Positions 1 to 9,363 of a stretch of 38,867 nt of DNA are shown here, one piece after another (the first letter of the stretch is position 1; each line of letters starts with the position of its first letter). The DNA is taken from assembly GCA_964012055.1 (NCBI GenBank), contig CAXGRO010000001.1, positions 1-38,867 of the forward strand, in the 5' to 3' direction. A model generated the notes under the pieces. The model was not told the origin of the DNA. It did not search any database and worked only from the letters and a program-made list of their open reading frames with translations. The DNA is from an uncultured bacterium. Its GTDB lineage: Bacteria; Latescibacterota; UBA2968; UBA8231. The position numbers and the translations under genes are program-made.

Positions 1-127
1 GATTTTGAGCGGATTTTTGTAAGGTTGAAATTCGTAAGTGATTATTTATCAATAACTTACAAATTTCAATATCTATTTGTCTAAGCCTTTATTTATCAAT
101 AACTTACAAAAAGTGTCCACAGTATTG
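1..127 (-). mobile_element. MITE-like repeat, copy A (outer ~20 nt cut off by window start), inverted relative to the copy at 36951-37097
   Basis: The reverse complement of 1-127 aligns by hand to 36951-37076 with 4 substitutions and one 1-nt indel. It ends in the 20-nt terminal repeat aaaaagtgtccacagtattg (108-127). No ORF. Confidence 0.7.
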
Positions 128-189
128 TAATATTGTGCTAAAAATTAAACTCAGCGCAGATATTTCTGCGAAAATATGAGGTATATCTC

Positions 190-853
190 ATGCCACTAGG
201 GAAAACACTTAAAGCCCTGCGCCAGAAGCAAGGACTCAATCAAAAGGGGTTATCCACCATATCCGGCGTGTCGCAAGCCACTATTTCGCGCATAGAAACC
301 GGGCGGGTGCGCCAATTGCGTTCGGCGGCGCTCAAAAATCTGGCCGACGCGCTCAGCGTTTCCGTCGACTTTCTCATGGGCGACAGCGAATTTTTGCCCC
401 CACTACCGACGACCAACCTATCAACCCCATTCCCGGTGTGCGCGAAGACCGCTTTCGTCAAATTGCCGATTCGCTCGATCCTTTTGTCATTCACGAGGGA
501 GGACGCATCCTCTACATCAACCAAGCCCTCTCCGATATGCTGGGCTATCGTCGCGAAGAGTTGCTGGGCAAGAAACGGGCTTGAACTCTTGGTGGCACCG
601 CGACAAAATGTGGAAGCGCGAGCCCGATGATGCTTTTATCGAAATGATTCGACAAACAGCTATGGGGACTTCCTACCAACCCGGTTTGGTGATCGATGTG
701 CCTTTTGTCCAGGGAACGCTAACCTTGGGCATTATGGTTGGTCACAATGTGCGCAGCACCGAAATCGCCGCTTTGATGCAGGCTTTGTCTCAACCCATTT
801 CCTTTGTCATTAAACACCTGCAACTGCTGCGCGACTGCCGCGAAAAAAATTAG
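190..853 (+). pseudogene. XRE-family HTH regulator fused to a PAS/GAF-like sensor region, disrupted by frame changes
   Basis: Frame 1 (190-~395) gives a clean HTH_XRE domain (LRQKQGLNQKGLSTISGVSQATISRIETGR). PAS-like sequence continues in frame 3 (420-584: DRFRQIADSLDPFVIHEGGRILYINQALSDMLGYRREELLGKK, stop at 582). It then runs briefly in frame 1 (GLELLVAP) and finally in frame 2 to 853 (VIDVPFVQGTLTLGIMVG...LSQPISFVIKHLQLL). The first shift coincides with the T5/C5 runs at 391-400. Confidence 0.55.
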
Positions 854-987
854 TACTAAGAACGTACAAACATTTACTTGCCCAGTGAGTTGTACTAAAT
901 ATTTAAAAAAGTAGTTAACAAAATCAAGCTTTTTACTTATCTTGGGAAAACGCGCCTTGGCAGTCGCGCCTAAAGAGGTCTCCCCAG

Positions 988-1374
988 GTGTTCTCCAAGC
1001 GCGTTTTACCTTCTTTAGCGGAACGCCAAATAGTTCCGTCCCCCCCCGCATATATTTTATTAACCCCTTTAGTCAATGAAGAGGAGACTCCCGTGGCACT
1101 GGGATTGTCCCATAGTTGCATTTGCGGCAAGAAGTTCAAAATTTATTTACCCAAGGAAAAAATCTTTAACGACATCGTCAGCCGCGCCGTGGATTGGTCG
1201 GCCATAGATGCCCGCGAAGAAGCGGAGGGCGAGGTCGAAGCGGTGCGCAGATTGGCCGAGATGAGCGGCTGCGTTTTTATTGACGGCAGTGTTACCGACC
1301 GCCTCATCTGCCCCAAGTGCTCCGCCGAGCTCGAGCTGCAAGACCACTTTCGCCGCCAATTGGTCAAGCGATAG
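988..1374 (+). CDS. hypothetical protein with split zinc-ribbon-like Cys pairs (CxC ... CPxC)
   Basis: 128-aa ORF with a GTG start and no clear RBS. Cys pairs are SCICGKKF and ICPKCSAE. A C8 homopolymer at 1040-1047 makes the 5' end uncertain. No family recognised. Confidence 0.4.
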   Translation: MFSKRVLPSLAERQIVPSPPAYILLTPLVNEEETPVALGLSHSCICGKKFKIYLPKEKIFNDIVSRAVDWSAIDAREEAEGEVEAVRRLAEMSGCVFIDGSVTDRLICPKCSAELELQDHFRRQLVKR

Positions 1375-1395
1375 GCGCCGGCATTCAAATGTGCC

Positions 1396-2802
1396 TCAAC
1401 TATCTGAGAGCTCGCTCAATTTGTTGAGGCCGTTGAGCGCGGCAATGCGGTACCCTTCGGCAAAGGTGGGATAGTTAAAGACTGTGTCGACAAAGTAGTC
1501 GGCGCGGGCGTGAAAATCAATGGCCATGTGGCCCAGGGAAATAAGCTCGGTGGCATTCGTGCCGACAATGTGCACGGCCAACACTTCCAGCGTTTCGGCG
1601 TGAAAGAGCAGCTTGATGAGGCCGGAGGTGTCGCCGGCGATGGGGCCGCGGGCTATTTCGCCGTAGCGCGCCCGGCCCACTTCGTAATTGATGCCGCGTT
1701 CTTTGAGCTCTTCTTCGGTGGGGCCAACGCTGGAAATTTCGGGGATGGTGTAAATGCCGTAGGGGAAAAAGTCGGGGAAGTGGTGGCTGCGCAGCAAAAA
1801 GGCGTTGCGTATGGCCAGACGACCCTGTTCCATTGAAGTCGAGGCCAACGCGGGTGGGCCTATTACGTCGCCGGCGGCGTAGATGTCGGGATGGGCCGTT
1901 TGGAATAGGGGATTGACCGGAATATAACCCAAGTCGGTCAACTCAATGCCGGCCGCTTCTAGATTTAAACCTTCTACATTGGCCAATCGACCCATGGAGT
2001 AAAACAGGGAGGCGGCTTTGACACTCTTGCCGTCTTTGAGCACCACCTCGGCCTGACCGTCTTCGCTGCGGCGCAATTGGTCGATGCCCTGGCCCAATTT
2101 GAGCTTAACCCCGTTGCGCTGCATTTCCTCGACAAAGAGTTGGCCGATCTCCTGGTCTAGCATGCGCAAAAGGTCGTCGCGCCGATCCATCAAGGTCACT
2201 TCCGTTCCCAGCGCCGCAAACATGGTGGCATACTCGCAACTGATGATGCCCCCACCCAATATAATCAGCGATTCGGGCAAATCATCCATGCGAAAAACTT
2301 TGTCGGAATCGAGAAAGAGTTCGTCGTCGGGCAAGTCGATAGGGTGACGTGGACGCGACCCGGTACCAATGAGCGTCTTATCGGTCTCGATCTGGCAGAA
2401 GGCCTTTTCGTCGGCGTCCAGCACTTCGATGGTATGGGCGTCGACAAAACGCGCCGTGCCAAACACCGTGGCTACGCCGTTGGCTTCGCACTGCTGGGTG
2501 AGCTCGGCATTGGTATCCTCTATTACTTTGCCCACGCGTTGTTGTAAATCTTCGCCCGTAATTTCCTTCAAGGTGCGGTTGTCGCCGCCGTAATAACTCG
2601 TGTGCAAAAAACCGGTCAGGTCTAATATGGCGCGCCTCAGCGTCTTGGAGGGGATAGTTCCCTGGTTTAAACAGGCGCCGCCCAAAAGTCCCAAACGATC
2701 TACAATGGCCACTTTCTTGCCGACTTCGGCAGCCTGAATGGCCCCCTTTTGGCCGGCGGGGCCGGCGCCGATAACAACCAGATCCATTTGCAGTTTCTGC
2801 AT
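1396..2802 (-). CDS. sthA: soluble pyridine nucleotide transhydrogenase (SthA/UdhA-like flavoprotein)
   Basis: 468 aa with the FAD fold GAGPAG. It has the single-Cys motif GGACLNQGTIPSK (E. coli SthA GGGCTHWGTIPSK), not the CxxxxC of lipoamide dehydrogenase. The C-terminal FNYPTFAEGYRIAALNG resembles SthA FNYPTMAEAYRVAALNG (recalled from memory). Confidence 0.8.
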   Translation of the reverse strand: MQKLQMDLVVIGAGPAGQKGAIQAAEVGKKVAIVDRLGLLGGACLNQGTIPSKTLRRAILDLTGFLHTSYYGGDNRTLKEITGEDLQQRVGKVIEDTNAELTQQCEANGVATVFGTARFVDAHTIEVLDADEKAFCQIETDKTLIGTGSRPRHPIDLPDDELFLDSDKVFRMDDLPESLIILGGGIISCEYATMFAALGTEVTLMDRRDDLLRMLDQEIGQLFVEEMQRNGVKLKLGQGIDQLRRSEDGQAEVVLKDGKSVKAASLFYSMGRLANVEGLNLEAAGIELTDLGYIPVNPLFQTAHPDIYAAGDVIGPPALASTSMEQGRLAIRNAFLLRSHHFPDFFPYGIYTIPEISSVGPTEEELKERGINYEVGRARYGEIARGPIAGDTSGLIKLLFHAETLEVLAVHIVGTNATELISLGHMAIDFHARADYFVDTVFNYPTFAEGYRIAALNGLNKLSELSDS

Positions 2803-2825
2803 GGGTTATGCTCTCCTTTAACCAC

Positions 2826-4190
2826 CTACATGTGCGCTTCTTTGGCGCCCAAGCGCCGCTGCCCGGCCGCCTGGGCGGGGGCGGGTTCAATGCGGGGCGG
2901 CACTTCGCCGGCCGCTTGCATGCGATCCAGCAAACGCTGCCGCATAACGGCTGATACTTCCTGGTGCGATTCCAGGCCAATCAAATTGTGTAGTTCATAA
3001 GGATCGGCCTGTAAATCGTAGAGGTACTGTTCTCGATACGTCTCCGAAGCGGGTACTGCGCCGCCTTGTTTGTCGTCTGCGTCCACGCCGTACTTCCAGC
3101 GTTGGGTACGCACAGCGCGGCCCACTTGTGCTTCGCTGATCTGCACAAACACTTCCTCGGGCCAGCCGGTTTTATCGCCCCGAACCAGCGGCACAATGGA
3201 GCGGCCCTGCATGTGCGCTGGCACTTCTAGGCCGGCCGCGTCCAACAGGGTAGGGGGTAGGTCGATCAAGCTGACCAATTCGCCAATTTGCCCGCCGCCG
3301 GCAAAACCCGGCCCCGTCAATACCGTGGGCACGCGAATGGCGCTTTCGTGACAAGAGCGCTTGTACTCGCTATTGCGCGTTTTAAAGTGGCAACCGTGAT
3401 CGGAGGTAAAGAGTACAATCGTTTCCTCGTCCAAGTCCAAACTTTTGAGCGCATCCATCAGCCTGCCATAGGCTTCGTCCAAGCGTTTGACCATGCCGTA
3501 ATAACCGGCCAAATGCTGGTGCGTGGAACCGCCCAAAGCGGCCAGATCGGGCGGAATCCAACCGCTGGTGTAGCGCTGACGGTAGCCCTCCGGCGGGGGG
3601 TAGTCGTCTAGGTGATTCTGGTGGTGCGGTTCGATGTAAGAAATAAAAAGATAGAAGGAGTCCTCTTTGCGCTGATCGATATAACGGATGGCCGCATCGG
3701 TGAGGGCATCTACTCGATAACCGGGCAGTTTCACCGGCTGTTCGTCTCCATCATACATCACGGTATCGTAGGCATCCGAAGTGAATTCTAAAGTATTAGA
3801 TGCTAGCCAGTATTGGTACCCAAAGCGTTTGTCTTTGGGGACCGGCCCCATAGAGTCACTGCCGTGTAGATGCCACTTGCCGATATACCCCGTCTGGTGT
3901 CCGACTTCGGCAAAGTAGTGCGCCAGCGTTTTGCTGTCGTCGGGCAGGGGGATGGCATTGCGAAAACAACCCGTGGTTGTGGCGTAGAGTCCGGTTTGCA
4001 AACAGGAGCGAGCCGGCCCGCACACCGGCTGGCAGGTAAAGGAATGGGCCACGTGGGTGTTCGCTCGCCCCAAGCGATCTAGGTTGGGGGTCAATTCCAT
4101 CGGGTTGCCGTGTAGACCCGTCGTGTCCCATCGCTGCTGGTCGGTAAAAAACACGACGACGTTGGGGCGTTTATCTGAGTTGCTCATCAA
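2826..4190 (-). CDS. sulfatase (formylglycine-dependent arylsulfatase family)
   Basis: 454 aa. It starts N-terminally with VVVFFTDQQRWD, carries the C-x-P-x-R signature VCGPARSCLQTG, and has LFTSDHG later. Confidence 0.9.
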   Translation of the reverse strand: MMSNSDKRPNVVVFFTDQQRWDTTGLHGNPMELTPNLDRLGRANTHVAHSFTCQPVCGPARSCLQTGLYATTTGCFRNAIPLPDDSKTLAHYFAEVGHQTGYIGKWHLHGSDSMGPVPKDKRFGYQYWLASNTLEFTSDAYDTVMYDGDEQPVKLPGYRVDALTDAAIRYIDQRKEDSFYLFISYIEPHHQNHLDDYPPPEGYRQRYTSGWIPPDLAALGGSTHQHLAGYYGMVKRLDEAYGRLMDALKSLDLDEETIVLFTSDHGCHFKTRNSEYKRSCHESAIRVPTVLTGPGFAGGGQIGELVSLIDLPPTLLDAAGLEVPAHMQGRSIVPLVRGDKTGWPEEVFVQISEAQVGRAVRTQRWKYGVDADDKQGGAVPASETYREQYLYDLQADPYELHNLIGLESHQEVSAVMRQRLLDRMQAAGEVPPRIEPAPAQAAGQRRLGAKEAHM

Positions 4191-4349
4191 CCGGCCTCTC
4201 CGCTCTGATTACAAAATGTAATACCCGATGGCAAATTATCAAAAATGTCGTAAAACGGGTAAGGCGCTGGCCAAGGTCAATGGAGAATTTGCCAGTATAC
4301 GCTTTGTGTCCGCCTTTACTGAAATGAAATTATGCTACTAAAAAATATA

Positions 4350-4475
4350 CTAGAAGTACTCTCTTGAGTGTCTTTTGTTCTCCCCACCGAAGTACGATAG
4401 TACGATTTCGGGCTTGATTAAGCCGACAAACAATGCAATAATTCCTATGAAGATGAGCAAACTAATCATTCTCAT
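4350..4475 (-). CDS. possible small membrane peptide (41 aa)
   Basis: ATG preceded by gaaaggaaa. Product is MRMISLLIFIGIIALFVGLIKPEIVLSYFGGENKRHSREYF, with one hydrophobic helix. It lies in the decayed insert and may be a gene fragment. Confidence 0.25.
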   Translation of the reverse strand: MRMISLLIFIGIIALFVGLIKPEIVLSYFGGENKRHSREYF

Positions 4476-4589
4476 TTTCCTTTCTATGAGATCCTGGCAC
4501 TTCTGGCACGGGATATGCAAGCAATTCCCAGTATCCGTGTTGTAATCTTTATCGTTGTAGTCTTTATCCCTGTTATGGGTGGTACAAGC

Positions 4590-4805
4590 TTACCCCAATC
4601 TCTCCGCCGGCGAATAATTGCTATGTTTAGCTCTCACATTACTACGAGCCATATTCACATACTTTGAAGTGGTGGATTGATCCGTATGACCCAGTATTCG
4701 TTGTAGGCTAAATGGATCACCACCATTTTCTATGTGACTTCTATCAATATTGGCAGAAGTTGATTGCCAATGACTTAACTCCCAGCAAGTGCATTTGGCA
4801 CACAA
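4590..4805 (-). pseudogene. C-terminal remnant of a tyrosine recombinase / phage-type integrase
   Basis: ENGGDPFSLQRILGHTDQSTTSKYVNM...KHSNYSPAERLG matches the integrase C-terminus (LGH...Y catalytic box). The N-terminal three quarters are absent, and the upstream H-x-x-R box is degenerate (SHWQS). Confidence 0.55.
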
Positions 4806-5004
4806 GATACGACAATTATACCCCTAAAACTAACCGAAAACACCCCCTAAATCACACCAGAATCCATTCCAATCACCTTACCTGTACCTCAACACTTATT
4901 TGGAAAGAAGTCGTGTGAGAGAGGTGAAATAACCCCAAAAATACTTATTGTTTGAGGAGGAATGAAGGAGGAGAGGGTGGTGTATGTTTGAGAAGAAGAA
5001 ATAG

Positions 5005-5059
5005 AATAGAAAAAGGGTTGGAGGAATGAACAATCTATGGTTCCAACTCTTTTTCTATT
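5005..5059. terminator. 18-bp-stem hairpin, terminator-like
   Basis: aatagaaaaagggttgga (5005-5022) pairs with tccaactctttttctatt (5042-5059) with one mismatch and a 19-nt loop. It lies 60 nt downstream of the minus-strand ORF ending at 5120. The flanking U-tract is only moderate. Confidence 0.35.
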
Positions 5060-5119
5060 TTCGTTGCTGGCAGAATCCGGTATGGGCGCATCGAAAAGGG
5101 ATACCTCACCTACACTTAC

Positions 5120-5470
5120 CTAAAAATTCCCCAACGCGAAACGCAGATCCGCTTCTCTGCCGGGTACCCAGCAGTATGGTCCGGTAAGCTCCTCTGGAAC
5201 TAAGTAGATAACTTTGCCGGTCTCCTTGATTAGGGAGTTGAGAGCGCCGATTTTCTGGCTGTGGTGCTCGGCTTTATCATACTCAAGTTCCTTACCCTTG
5301 TAAGTTGTGAATGCCGAACCTTCGGAAAAGACCCTGCTTTCGGTATCGATGCACTTAGCCGTAACATCAATGATCAGATACAGAGAGCCGTCGGCAGCAG
5401 TCTTGTAATCGTTATATTTCCGCTCCCGCCATGCACCATTCACAGTAACCTCGAAGTACCTACCTCTCAT
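5120..5470 (-). CDS. hypothetical protein (beta-rich, no signal peptide; possibly a truncated fragment)
   Basis: 116-aa ORF lying 61 nt downstream of the ABC binding-protein gene on the same strand. No confident family. Confidence 0.45.
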   Translation of the reverse strand: MRGRYFEVTVNGAWRERKYNDYKTAADGSLYLIIDVTAKCIDTESRVFSEGSAFTTYKGKELEYDKAEHHSQKIGALNSLIKETGKVIYLVPEELTGPYCWVPGREADLRFALGNF

Positions 5471-5531
5471 TGTTTCGCCAATTTGGACCGTTATTTTTTC
5501 TTTTTCCGGGGTTGGTGCCGTCTGAGTACTT

Positions 5532-6854
5532 TTACAGCGTTTTGTTTGCCTGCTGCTCCAAACGGCTCAATACAGCGTCTATATTCCCACCCTCAGTTAT
5601 CTCGACCATGGCATCGGCAATCATTTCGCGAACCGTTTGATACCCCTGTACTGTCGGTTCCGATTTGCCGTAGTCGAGCAATTGAAAAGCGCTAGCGTAG
5701 CCCGGATTTTCCTCAAAATACGCCTCTAACTCTTTTACGGTACTCTTGCGTACGGGAAAGTAATTGCTCGCCCGCGCCCAGCGCGCCTGTTGTTGGGGTT
5801 GAGTAAACCACTTTACAAAAAGCCAGGTGGCCAGCTGCTGCTCTGGAGTGGTCCTGCACACCGATAGACTGGCACCGTACACATTCACTACTGGGTCGTC
5901 GAACTGGTGGGGAGGGGCAGCCACCGACCAGGCAAAATCCAAACCGTCTGCAACGACGCTCTTAAAAAAGGGCAATCCCGAAGTCGAACGCAGCGCGAAC
6001 AAGACGTTGCCCACGCCAAACTCCTGCTGGTCCATATAACGCTCGCTGACGATGTCCAATGCGCCCTCTCGTATCAAGTCTTGCATTAACTGCAAGGCTT
6101 GTTGCACTTGTGGAGTATTGAACGTGTACGCCGTCTTTTCGTCATTCATGAAGTCGCCGCCGCGTGTGAACACCATGGTGGCCAGACGACTGGCGTCCAA
6201 CTCTAGCAAAAACCCCAGACTGCGCTCTTTATTGGTCGATTTGCTAAAGGGCTGAGCTTGGGCCTTGCGACACATATCGGCAAACTCGTTCCATGTCGTA
6301 GGGGGATCGGCGTATCCCAACTCTTGCAACCAGTCGGCATTGTAAAAGAGTATTTCCATCGAGCGGTTGGGAGGAAACCCCGTCTGCACACCTTTATTAT
6401 GGTCTTGCTGTAAAAAGGACTGGACAAAATCGGCCTTTTCTATGACACTTAAACCCCATTTTTTTGAGTCCATATAGGGAGCTAGGTCAACAATACCGTC
6501 TGCCTCAAAGTAGGCCCGCGCCTGATTTTGATAGGCCACCACCAACTGCGGCAGGGTGCCGCCCTGCAGGCCAACGAACATTTTCCTGTAGATGTCGCCA
6601 TAGCTGCCCATGTACTCCCCGCGCACTTTGATGCCGTGGGCATTGGTGCGGTTGTATTCGTCTATGAGTTCGATTAAGGCCTCTTCGCGCTGGCGGCTGT
6701 GCTGGTACCAGAAAACCACTTCCTGGCCGCCGGGGTCAATCAGCTCCAGATCTACTGCTTTCACTTCAGATCGCTCGCTTTCCCCACATGCTACTAGGCA
6801 GGCAAGGGACACCAGAAAGACGCCAACTGTTAGGTCTCTTAATTTTTTTCTCAT
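5532..6854 (-). CDS. ABC transporter substrate-binding lipoprotein (carbohydrate, family 1)
   Basis: 440 aa with a lipobox-type signal (LVSLACLVACGES). It sits immediately downstream of two sugar-type permease genes. Confidence 0.88.
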   Translation of the reverse strand: MRKKLRDLTVGVFLVSLACLVACGESERSEVKAVDLELIDPGGQEVVFWYQHSRQREEALIELIDEYNRTNAHGIKVRGEYMGSYGDIYRKMFVGLQGGTLPQLVVAYQNQARAYFEADGIVDLAPYMDSKKWGLSVIEKADFVQSFLQQDHNKGVQTGFPPNRSMEILFYNADWLQELGYADPPTTWNEFADMCRKAQAQPFSKSTNKERSLGFLLELDASRLATMVFTRGGDFMNDEKTAYTFNTPQVQQALQLMQDLIREGALDIVSERYMDQQEFGVGNVLFALRSTSGLPFFKSVVADGLDFAWSVAAPPHQFDDPVVNVYGASLSVCRTTPEQQLATWLFVKWFTQPQQQARWARASNYFPVRKSTVKELEAYFEENPGYASAFQLLDYGKSEPTVQGYQTVREMIADAMVEITEGGNIDAVLSRLEQQANKTL

Positions 6855-6855
6855 T

Positions 6856-7707
6856 TTACCCCTTTAATCCCGACATCGATATACCTTCGGTGAATTCTCT
6901 CTGTATGAGAAAATAAGCCAATAAGACCGGAATGGTCGCAATGACGGCACCTGCCATCTGCAAATGCACTTCGGCGCCGGCCTCGCTAACAAACTGCAAC
7001 AAACCTACAGAAATGGGGCGCCAGTCCGGCGTATTGGTCACCAATAGCGGCCAGCCCAGGGCGTTCCACGAGCCAATGAAGGTAAACATGCCCACGGTCA
7101 GCAGTGGCGCCCGGCACAAGGGCAAGACGATTTGAAAGAGAAAACGCACATGGCCCGCTCCATCAATGCGCGCAGCATCCCATAATTCCAATGGAATACC
7201 TCGCAAGAATTGGCGCAGCAAAAATATGCTGAAGGCGCTGCCCATAAAGGGCACCGTTAGGGCAGGCCAATTGTTGAGCCAGGCGATGGGGCTGTGGCGG
7301 TTGAGCCACGAAACCGTGAGAAAATTGGGCACCATGGTCACGGTTTCCGGTATCATCAAGGTTGCTAGAATGATGGCAAAAACGACATCTCTCCCGCGAA
7401 ACTCCATGCGCGCCAGCGGATAAGCCGCCAACAGCGAAAATAGCAGGGTGCCGCTCACTTGCAAAACGGCAATGAGCAGCGAGTTTTCAAAGTAGAGTCC
7501 AAAATCGGCTTCTTCCCAGGCGAGTAGGTAGTTCTTCCACTGAATTTTGGACGGAGCAAAAACGCGGCGCAGCGTTTCGCCGCGCGTCATGAACGAGGCC
7601 AACACCATCCACGCAAACGGCACGGCCGCCGCCAAGGCGCTAACAATCAAGCCTGTATAGACGGTCCCTACCAGCCAGCGCCGCTTTGTTGTGGACTTAC
7701 TCTCCAT
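6856..7707 (-). CDS. carbohydrate ABC transporter permease (MalG/UgpE-like)
   Basis: 283 aa, multi-TM, with the EAA loop WDAARIDGAGHVRFLFQIVLPL. Confidence 0.9.
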   Translation of the reverse strand: MESKSTTKRRWLVGTVYTGLIVSALAAAVPFAWMVLASFMTRGETLRRVFAPSKIQWKNYLLAWEEADFGLYFENSLLIAVLQVSGTLLFSLLAAYPLARMEFRGRDVVFAIILATLMIPETVTMVPNFLTVSWLNRHSPIAWLNNWPALTVPFMGSAFSIFLLRQFLRGIPLELWDAARIDGAGHVRFLFQIVLPLCRAPLLTVGMFTFIGSWNALGWPLLVTNTPDWRPISVGLLQFVSEAGAEVHLQMAGAVIATIPVLLAYFLIQREFTEGISMSGLKG

Positions 7708-8845
7708 AAAAGACTCGCTTGCCCAGCACGCTGTTTTGCAGAAAGGTCAGCGCCAAAATGGTAACGAAGAGTACGAAGGCCAAGGTAGAGGCGTAGCCGG
7801 CGTTTTGATTCTGGAAGATCTGGTCGAATATGGCAATGCTAACCACATCCACGCTGTCTCTAGCGCCGGGGGTGCGCATGATGTAAATGTGGTTAAACGC
7901 CTTGAAAGTGCCAATCACCGCTACCATGGACAGGAAAAACAGCGTCGGCGAGACTAGGGGGAGAGTAATATTGCGAAAAACCTGCCAGGCATTGGCTCCG
8001 TCGATCTCTGCCGCCTCGTAGTAGTGGCGCGGAATGGCACTCAGACCGGCGAGTAGTATAACAGTGTCGTAGCCGATGTAAACCCAGATATTGTAGAGTA
8101 TGATCGAAACCAGCGCTAAGCTGGGAAAACATTCGTTTACCCAGGCCGGATAGTCGGTCACCCCAAAGGCCTGAAGTAGCAAAACGGCCACGGACTTGCT
8201 CTCAAAGAGCCAGCGTTGTTGCTCCAGGCCCCAAAATGCCCAGAAGCGATTGGCCAAAGAAGAGGGATGGGGACTGAAGATTATGCGAAATACCACGGCT
8301 GAGGCGATAACCGGGGTTACATAGGGGAGAAAAAAGATTAAGCGGAAAAACCCCTTGCCGCGTAGACTTTTAAAAAGCAAGTAGGCCAACAACATCGAAA
8401 CGCCCAGTTGTACCGGGATAGTGCCCAAGGAATAAAACAGAGTAACCTTAAATCCGTTGTAGAGCTGCCGATCACCTGTCTCGAGCAGGCCGCGCAATCC
8501 CTCAATAACCAGCCACAACGCCGGCAATGCCAACACCAGGGGAATAATGCGCACTAAAAGACCTGGCGCTACGTCGCTTCCCTCCGCTCTGGCACGCAAC
8601 CGTACGCCTAGCCAAACCAAACCAGCACCCAATAGGCACATATAGACAAAATTAGGCTCACCAACCGCCCGGACATATTGGTCTAAACCGACAAACGCCG
8701 TTTTTTTGATGTGCCAGCGGTGCAAGCTTACGTAAAAAGCATAGACGATGGGAAAAAAGCCAAAGGCCGCCAATACGACCAGCGCCGGCAGCAAAAACGC
8801 CCAGGCTACTACCTCTTCTTTTTTCTCTTTTTTCATCGGAAACAA
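7697..8845 (-). CDS. carbohydrate ABC transporter permease (MalF/UgpA-like) with extra N-terminal hydrophobic insertion
   Basis: 382 aa with the EAA loop YEAAEIDGANAWQVFRNITLPL. It overlaps the next permease by 11 nt. About 70 extra residues follow TM1. Confidence 0.9.
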   Translation of the reverse strand: MFPMKKEKKEEVVAWAFLLPALVVLAAFGFFPIVYAFYVSLHRWHIKKTAFVGLDQYVRAVGEPNFVYMCLLGAGLVWLGVRLRARAEGSDVAPGLLVRIIPLVLALPALWLVIEGLRGLLETGDRQLYNGFKVTLFYSLGTIPVQLGVSMLLAYLLFKSLRGKGFFRLIFFLPYVTPVIASAVVFRIIFSPHPSSLANRFWAFWGLEQQRWLFESKSVAVLLLQAFGVTDYPAWVNECFPSLALVSIILYNIWVYIGYDTVILLAGLSAIPRHYYEAAEIDGANAWQVFRNITLPLVSPTLFFLSMVAVIGTFKAFNHIYIMRTPGARDSVDVVSIAIFDQIFQNQNAGYASTLAFVLFVTILALTFLQNSVLGKRVFYGE

Positions 8846-8962
8846 GTACTTGAAGAATCTTCGTTCTAATGTGGCTCAACGATATGTACTATGAGTCAAA
8901 TTGTCAATAATCCCCTTCTCCACACCTTATCTACTTAAATTTAGATCTGTTTCTCGCTAAAT

Positions 8963-8998
8963 AAAAAAGGTCGGCAAAGTTAACTGACTTTGCCGACC
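8963..8998 (-). terminator. rho-independent terminator of the tRNA operon
   Basis: A 12-bp stem (ggtcggcaaagt / actttgccgacc) with a 6-nt loop. On the minus strand it is followed by a U6 tract (plus-strand aaaaaa at 8963-8968). Confidence 0.65.
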
Positions 8999-9007
8999 TC
9001 GCAAAAT

Positions 9008-9081
9008 TGGCTGCGCCCCAGGGACTCGAACCCCGATACCGCGGTCCAGAGCCGCGTGTCCTACCATTGAACGAGGGCGCA
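9008..9081 (-). tRNA. tRNA-Gln (anticodon CTG), CCA encoded
   Basis: Hand-folded cloverleaf. The acceptor is tgcgccc/gggcgca with U1-A72, the anticodon loop is ctCTGga, and the T-arm is cgggg-ttcgagt-ccctg. 74 nt. Confidence 0.85.
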
Positions 9082-9095
9082 GCACAAAAAATTAC

Positions 9096-9187
<92 letters not shown>

Positions 9188-9231
9188 GCGCACCTGCCTT
9201 GCTTTTTTAGACCTAATTGCGCTGTTTTCGG

Positions 9232-9316
9232 CGGAGGGTGTGGGACTCGAACCCACAAGGGCTATTAACCCGGCGGTTTTCAAGACCGCTGCCTTACCAA
9301 TTAGGACTAACCCTCC
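9232..9316 (-). tRNA. tRNA-Ser (anticodon TGA)
   Basis: Acceptor ggagggt/accctcc, anticodon stem gcggt/accgc with loop ctTGAaa, long variable arm, T-arm gtggg-ttcgagt-cccac. CCA is not encoded. Confidence 0.8.
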
Positions 9317-9328
9317 AGGACTAGAAAA

Positions 9329-9357
9329 AATATAACGCCCCCCCTTGTCAGTGTCAA
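9329..9357 (-). promoter_or_regulatory. putative sigma70-type promoter of the tRNA operon
   Basis: The minus strand reads TTGACA-N17-TTATAT, ending about 12 nt upstream of the first tRNA 5' end. Confidence 0.4.
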
Positions 9358-9363
9358 CGCTCC

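Noticed and set aside
4208-4222. Perfect palindrome attaca-aaa-tgtaat just upstream of the sulfatase start as an operator
   Set aside because: Short A/T-rich palindromes arise by chance in AT-rich spacers. There is no second copy and no adjacent regulator gene.
9232-9316. Possible selenocysteine tRNA (long variable arm, anticodon containing TGA letters)
   Set aside because: The anticodon is TGA (reads UCA, Ser), not TCA. The acceptor stem is a normal 7 bp, and no selA/selB or SECIS context is present.
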